NCBI GenBank assembly: GCA_949156565.1
Contig: CASCZI010000002.1
Span: forward strand, 100,611 to 164,610
From: an uncultured Alphaproteobacteria bacterium
GTDB lineage: Bacteria; Pseudomonadota; Alphaproteobacteria; Rs-D84
Length of the DNA: 64,000 bases
Reading direction: 5' to 3'
Below are positions 59,076 to 64,000 of this stretch, piece after piece. The position numbers were made by a program, and so were the translations under genes. Under the pieces are notes generated by a model. The model searched no databases, was not told the DNA's origin, and was given only the letters and a program-made list of their open reading frames with translations. Each line of letters starts with the position of its first letter. Positions within the stretch are counted from its first letter, which is position 1.

Positions 59076-59786
59076 TTATCGACCCGAATATCCCATAATT
59101 TCCAATACGCGGGCACGAACGGCGGGCGACGCCATACGTATCATATTCACACGCCCATCATTAATCCCAAATGTAAATACAGAATCAATTTTTTCCTCGA
59201 CCGTCATGTCCATGGCATCGGGACGCATATGTGCCGATCGAATATATTTACACGCCAGGGGAAAACAAAATTGAAACAACCGTTCGGATTGATAACAATG
59301 CCGAACACTTTTCCAATTTACAACGGCCGACATCAAAATTACATCAATGACCATCGTATCCAGAACCGGGACATAATACATCACATCATACGCAATATCA
59401 CGCCCCTGTAACGCATCCCATCCATCCGCACGCACCAAAGAATCAATTTCATTTAATCGACATGTATCACGCAACATGTGCAATTCGGATGCCACGCGCG
59501 CACTTAATTCATCCATCGCCACGGGCAATTTACCAAATTCACTGTTTTTCACATGGCGTAATTCATGATGAACCGTCGACCCCGACCATTGACGAATATA
59601 AACATTTCCCGTCATCAGGTCCATGTATCCCAATGCTTTTATATCCCCCGTTTCATAAAGACGTGTCCAGCCTAGACGTGCCGGTTCAATATGCCATGAT
59701 CGCCACAAAACCCCAAAATGTATTCCTATATAGGGGGTGGATAAAATCAGCATCCGAACAAAAATCTTTTTGATCGCGGATTTCAT
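59076..59786 (-). CDS. YgjP-like (DUF45 / M48-family) HExxH metallohydrolase
   Basis: A 236-aa protein. Its VHHELRHVKNSEFGKL matches the DUF45 'HELxHlxxxNHSxxF' signature. Confidence 0.5.
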   Translation of the reverse strand: MKSAIKKIFVRMLILSTPYIGIHFGVLWRSWHIEPARLGWTRLYETGDIKALGYMDLMTGNVYIRQWSGSTVHHELRHVKNSEFGKLPVAMDELSARVASELHMLRDTCRLNEIDSLVRADGWDALQGRDIAYDVMYYVPVLDTMVIDVILMSAVVNWKSVRHCYQSERLFQFCFPLACKYIRSAHMRPDAMDMTVEEKIDSVFTFGINDGRVNMIRMASPAVRARVLEIMGYSGR

Positions 59787-59992
59787 TTTTTTCCCAAATG
59801 TCCCGGTTCACATGTCACCACGGTAATGACGGCGCGACGCGCCACCGTTGCCCGGTCCAATGCACGACGCATCGCCGCACGTGAACAATTTGTTGTCCGA
59901 ACCGCATAATAATTGGGGCCCGGATGCCACGGTGCGGCATGCGCGCACACACCCCATACCAAACAAAACAGAACAAAAATAATCTTTTTCAT
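59783..59992 (-). CDS. small secreted protein (hypothetical)
   Basis: Start at MKKIIFVLFCLVWGVCAHA, giving a signal peptide; about 69 aa. Confidence 0.3.
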   Translation of the reverse strand: MKKIIFVLFCLVWGVCAHAAPWHPGPNYYAVRTTNCSRAAMRRALDRATVARRAVITVVTCEPGHLGKK

Positions 59993-59993
59993 C

Positions 59994-60212
59994 TTAACGT
60001 CCCCGGATGGCCGCACGCACAACCAATGCCGCCCCACATACCACCAAACTGATTCCACCAATATGCGCGGCCGAATCCAAATATCCCGGCCGGTCATCCG
60101 CGAATACCGATGTTAGAACCGATCCCATTGACACCAACCATGCCCCCCCAGACACCAATATGGCACGATCCAACACATTAACAACGCGGTCTTTTATATT
60201 GTTATTTTTCAT
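59994..60212 (-). CDS. small membrane protein (hypothetical)
   Basis: Start at MKNNNIKDRV; about 72 aa with two TM helices. Confidence 0.3.
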   Translation of the reverse strand: MKNNNIKDRVVNVLDRAILVSGGAWLVSMGSVLTSVFADDRPGYLDSAAHIGGISLVVCGAALVVRAAIRGR

Positions 60213-60271
60213 TATCTTTTCCTTTTTTCGGGAAAATATTACAACAAAATAATTATTTGTCAATATATTTA

Positions 60272-60793
60272 TCAGGCAACCCAATGCCCCTTTCGATTAT
60301 TATGCCGTGTGGGCCGAATATGAATGACGTGTTTATGATACCGCACGGCACGCCCCAGAATAATCGGCAACCGATCCCGTTCATATCGATACGCCACCCC
60401 CATCAGGTAACGCGTCCGGTGCCACGGACGACGGTAATGGGGTTCAAGGATTGATCGCACCCATACACGCCACACGCATTGAATCGGATGCCGACGCAGC
60501 ACCACAACCACGTCACATTGTTCAATGGCGTATTGGGTCCATGAATGCCACGCGGTCCCATCCACAATCCATTCATCCGCCGCATCAATTGCATTTTTCA
60601 ATCGACGCCGACATGTGGCGGGGGAAAATTCATGCCGAACGATGGGACCACCCACATAACGCAAATCATCCAAGGAAATAACACCGCATCCTAATTTTTC
60701 CGATAACCGGCGTGAAAAAAAGCTTTTTCCACTGCCCGGTGCCCCGATAACGCATATTTTTTTATATTTTGAAAAATCAATGGCGCGTGTCAT
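60272..60793 (-). CDS. P-loop NTPase (adenylate-kinase/FlaR-like) with Trp/Arg-rich C-terminus
   Basis: Start at MTRAIDF, with Walker A ICVIGAPGSGKS. A paralogous fragment lies at the window end. Confidence 0.5.
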   Translation of the reverse strand: MTRAIDFSKYKKICVIGAPGSGKSFFSRRLSEKLGCGVISLDDLRYVGGPIVRHEFSPATCRRRLKNAIDAADEWIVDGTAWHSWTQYAIEQCDVVVVLRRHPIQCVWRVWVRSILEPHYRRPWHRTRYLMGVAYRYERDRLPIILGRAVRYHKHVIHIRPTRHNNRKGHWVA

Positions 60794-61031
60794 GCGACCA
60801 TTATACCATCCCCCAACATGATGACCCCGGGGAACCTTTTCCGCCGGGGCCCCAATTTTAACACTCTTTAATCCGACATATCCATTAAACAGCATAAAAC
60901 TGAACAACGCCGTGCGGCGCAGATATGTTTTCCACTTTATGTGCATTTCTAGCTTTATATAAGAAAAATTACACCACAAAATCACCCAAAAACAAAAAAT
61001 ACCCACATGGGGTATTTGTTGTCACGCCGGG

Positions 61032-61337
61032 TTATATCCCCGATAAATGCCCGTTGGGTCGGTTGTTATCAAAAAAACGCCGGATCATATCCCGCACTTG
61101 ATCAAATGCATTCGCCCCCGCGCGCAACGATTGGGCCCATGTATAACCTTGCTTAAAAAACATCAGGTATTCCAACGGTGTCAAAACCACACAAGACAAC
61201 AGAAACCCCGTCACATCAGAATGAATAATAACGGCGACACCCACAGAAATCACGGTCGCGATCGCCAAACTCGCCACTGTTGTCTTGGCTAAATTCACCA
61301 AGAAACGGCGATCAAATTTTTGATTTTTGCAATTCAT
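61032..61337 (-). CDS. small membrane protein (hypothetical)
   Basis: A 101-aa ORF with two TM helices. Confidence 0.35.
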   Translation of the reverse strand: MNCKNQKFDRRFLVNLAKTTVASLAIATVISVGVAVIIHSDVTGFLLSCVVLTPLEYLMFFKQGYTWAQSLRAGANAFDQVRDMIRRFFDNNRPNGHLSGI

Positions 61338-61355
61338 GCGCCCATCGTTTTGTGT

Positions 61356-61604
61356 TTAACGAACCCGCCGATAGAAATCCATCACACCTGTGTCTTTGAC
61401 TTGCTTGCTATCCTTGGCCATTGCCACGGCAACACGGGCTTTATATTCCCCTTCGGCCAAATGACGCGATGGAAACGATTGGGACTTGCATTGAACCATC
61501 CCAGAGGTATTCACGATTTCGCGCGTCACAGAAAATTCTTTGCCATCGTCAATCAACGCAATGACTTCAGAAATTCCATCGTATTTTTTTAGTGTTTTGA
61601 CCAT
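61356..61604 (-). CDS. hypothetical small protein
   Basis: An 82-aa ORF. Confidence 0.3.
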   Translation of the reverse strand: MVKTLKKYDGISEVIALIDDGKEFSVTREIVNTSGMVQCKSQSFPSRHLAEGEYKARVAVAMAKDSKQVKDTGVMDFYRRVR

Positions 61605-61724
61605 AACCTTTTCCTTTGGCTTGTTTTATCTTTGTACATCACAAAACCAATTTTGTCAACACAAATTCCCCTATGCTTGACATTCCATCCGAACCTGCTA
61701 GACTAAAAACATCTGGGATATAAC

Positions 61725-62228
61725 ATGAATTCAATGAAAAAGATTAAATTAACCGACAACCGTATCATCGACGTCCCCGCATGCACTGGGTGCACGATGG
61801 TGGAACTGAATCGCGCGGGGCAATTACCCATGGCACCGATTTGGTCGGGAAAATATTGCTGGGCATTACAAGATTTGGAAACCCCTATGCCGGGCTTTTA
61901 TGTGATTTCCCCCTATCGTCATATTTTTTCCATCACGGATCTATCCCCTGATGAATATGATGAATACAACCAATTAATCCTGATGACGCGACGCGGTTTG
62001 GGTGATGTGTTGGGGATTCGGCGCGCCCATATTTACCAAGAAGAAAAACCATCATCCCATCTACATACTTGGATACTACCCATTTGGGATGCCAACGAAT
62101 CCATTCGCATTTCAAAAAATAATATCAACGATTATATGGCCCGCTATACCACCGATACGCATGGCCGTAAAATGATTCAATGCGCCGATTTGATGCGGGC
62201 ATATCTGATAAAGAACATGGCACGGTAA
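61725..62228 (+). CDS. HIT-superfamily protein with variant triad
   Basis: An N-terminal CTGC, then ISPYRHIFSITDLSPDEY and SHLHTWILP. These are HIT-like, but the third His of the triad is replaced by Trp. Confidence 0.5.
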   Translation: MNSMKKIKLTDNRIIDVPACTGCTMVELNRAGQLPMAPIWSGKYCWALQDLETPMPGFYVISPYRHIFSITDLSPDEYDEYNQLILMTRRGLGDVLGIRRAHIYQEEKPSSHLHTWILPIWDANESIRISKNNINDYMARYTTDTHGRKMIQCADLMRAYLIKNMAR

Positions 62229-62329
62229 CTTCTGAAAACCATTGGGAATACAAACGCCTGTTTTCCGTTATCGCCAATCCCCCCAGACGCGATGGCGGGT
62301 ATTCAATAAACTCCTATGCGAATCACACT

Positions 62330-62357
62330 AAAAACGCCCCGTGGGGCGTTTTTATTT
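62330..62357 (+). terminator. rho-independent terminator
   Basis: ACGCCCCGTGGGGCGT hairpin followed by a T-run. Confidence 0.55.
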
Positions 62358-62681
62358 AACCCGGTACTGGCATGAATGACGAAATATTTCCCAATACGCC
62401 ATTCTGATATAACGTGATTATCGCCACGTCATTCATAAATTCATTAATTTTTTTAAGCATATGTTCACCCTTGTTACCCATTAAATATCACAAACCATAA
62501 ATTTGCTTGGACCACCAAATAATCAAAAGTAAAAATTAAATCCGCCACAGGATGCATATAGTGGATTTGACCTGTCATGCACCCTGGCGGCAACAATGCC
62601 ATTTGCCATATCGATATGATCGGTTTGATTTCCTTGAATAAGGCCTTGGTCACGTGAATGCATTTTGCAAGGGGTTTGGTG

Positions 62682-63575
62682 TTATTTCTGATTTTTTTGA
62701 TTTAATTTATCCCTTAAAATTGGGTTCATCTGACGCGGGCCATGGGCGGAATTAATAATACTCTCAAACTTTTTTATGCGTTGTGCAAATGGCAGACTTG
62801 AATGCACCCCAAAAATAGGACTTTTGCCGAATTTCATGGCAAAGAACATATAGTCAATAACATGCGGATGTTCCGCCACACAACGGGCCACCAGGCGTTC
62901 AAACCGTGCCACATCGTCCGTCCGAATACAGTACGCCAATTTTTTCACCAGATCGACTTCATCACGCGTCAATTGCCGGATATCGTCAATTTTGCCGGGG
63001 CGCCCCACATATGACCCCGGGTCAATTAATTTGCCATTCTTGAAATTATTTGAATGTGCATCCGTGATGGTAATTCCCCGCGTCAAATAGGCATAGTACA
63101 ATTTTTCCATCGCATAATAAAAACTGTCTTGTTTATCGTCCGCGATATAATCTGATATAACCCAAGAATATTTGCGGCCGCCGTATTCAAAGACGCCACC
63201 GATATGCATTTTATTAATTAAATTACGCACCCCATGGGCACGCGACAGCACATCCAATTCCCCAAACGCAGACCGCCGATTAATCTTGAACGCGAATGTG
63301 ACGTCACCAATATGGATTTGATACACACTGCCGACCGAACCGCTGGCGACATAATCTAATGTAACCGGCTGACCAAACAGGTTCGGTGCCTTTAGTTTGA
63401 TTTGTTCGGGCGTCAAATCCGCCGCCAATCCTGATTGAAAGTCTGTGGCGATTTGCGTCATAAATGCATTAAATTCCCCCGTGGCCGTATCAATATGTTC
63501 CAAATCCACATATTTGAATAATTGGGGCGGCAAACTGCCCATGCTTTGGTGAATTTTTCGATCAAACTTTTTCAT
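62682..63575 (-). CDS. protein-kinase-like (PKL-fold) protein, effector-like
   Basis: Start at MKKFDRK. It has a Gly-rich loop (SGSVGSVYQI), an AFK lysine, and a catalytic-loop-like ITDAHSNNF (H-x-D-x4-N). IDPGS sits at the DFG position. Confidence 0.45.
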   Translation of the reverse strand: MKKFDRKIHQSMGSLPPQLFKYVDLEHIDTATGEFNAFMTQIATDFQSGLAADLTPEQIKLKAPNLFGQPVTLDYVASGSVGSVYQIHIGDVTFAFKINRRSAFGELDVLSRAHGVRNLINKMHIGGVFEYGGRKYSWVISDYIADDKQDSFYYAMEKLYYAYLTRGITITDAHSNNFKNGKLIDPGSYVGRPGKIDDIRQLTRDEVDLVKKLAYCIRTDDVARFERLVARCVAEHPHVIDYMFFAMKFGKSPIFGVHSSLPFAQRIKKFESIINSAHGPRQMNPILRDKLNQKNQK

Positions 63576-63649
63576 AAGATTAATTATACCACAAAATTCC
63601 CAGAATATAAAAAATCCGCCCCATGGGCGATATCGATATGCAACCGGCA

Positions 63650-64000
63650 TTATGCGGCCATACGCCATTGATGACGGCGGTTATCCCGACGCGATGGCCG
63701 CACCTGGAAAACAGGTATGCCCCGGGTATGAATGCGCCCCAAAATAATGGGCAACCGTTCCCGGTCATAGGCCAAACTTATCCGGATCAGCCCCAACGTC
63801 GATGCCCAATTCCGGCCATAGCGGTTATCCCACAACCAGCGCCACACAATACGCCAAATCCGCCGCATGGCCCCATGACGCAACACCACAATTAAATCCG
63901 CCTGACGCATTGCCTGTTCGGTCCAGGGTTGCCATGCGGTTCCTTCAATAACCCACTGGGAATTGTTTTTTAATATTTGCCCCAGGCGCCGCGCACAAAC
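63650..64000 (-). CDS. P-loop NTPase paralog (partial, runs off window end)
   Basis: The C-terminal segment (ISLAYDRERLPIILGRIHTRGIPVFQVRPSRRDNRRHQW) aligns with GVAYRYERDRLPIILGRAVRYHKHVIHIRPTRHNNRKGHW of the 60272-60793 protein. Confidence 0.4.
   Translation of the reverse strand, partial: VCARRLGQILKNNSQWVIEGTAWQPWTEQAMRQADLIVVLRHGAMRRIWRIVWRWLWDNRYGRNWASTLGLIRISLAYDRERLPIILGRIHTRGIPVFQVRPSRRDNRRHQWRMAA

Noticed and set aside
1-64000. tRNA, rRNA, tmRNA, RNase P RNA, SRP RNA and CRISPR arrays
   Set aside because: I scanned intergenic regions for T-loop GGTTCGA(A/T)TCC-like motifs, conserved tmRNA/RNase P blocks, and direct-repeat/spacer periodicity, and found none. The three GC-rich structured regions fit a palindromic repeat family better than known RNA genes.

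Overview
The window reads as a gene-dense piece of an alphaproteobacterial chromosome, with most genes on the minus strand. Several features point to a host-associated or obligate-intracellular lineage such as Rickettsiales or Holosporales, but this is inference from gene content only, not from any database search.

Confident housekeeping genes:
- def, then a small ASCH-domain gene, then fmt; rmuC.
- A marR-tolC-MFP-RND efflux operon.
- efp, ppa, a yfgM-like plus bamB-like pair, rpoH, der, fba.
- rRNA modification genes (a pseudouridine synthase and rsmE).
- comF, and a fragmented dcw cluster in the order PBP1A, mliC-like, mraY, [inserted LRR gene], ftsW, murG.
- rpmE, an IMPase-family gene, an acyl-ACP thioesterase, a short valS, a MerR regulator, gyrA, and rpmH (missed by the ORF track).

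Interleaved with these are elements that look accessory or host-interaction related:
- Dispersed type IV secretion components: a VirB2/TrbC-like pilin, an orphan VirD4/TraG coupling protein, and an array of five paralogous polytopic membrane proteins at 41.4-48.0 kb (four tandem, one divergent) that I interpret as VirB6/TrbL-like.
- A family of secreted cysteine-rich proteins sharing a C-x-AG-Y-Y...SC-x-NC-SPG motif.
- Effector-like genes: a BspA-type LRR protein inserted inside the dcw cluster, a protein-kinase-like protein, and a YgjP-like HExxH protein.
- A terminator-bounded islet carrying an AIPR/ParB-like putative abortive-infection protein divergent from an XRE regulator.
- Two paralogous gene pairs.
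- At least three copies of a GC-rich, nested-palindrome, MITE-like repeat with AAAGACCACC / GGTGGTCTTT terminal inverted repeats and a conserved CTGAG-NNN-AAGTTCCCCTC core. Each copy produces spurious ORFs.

I found no tRNA, rRNA or CRISPR array. Every intergenic gap shows a strong bidirectional rho-independent terminator.
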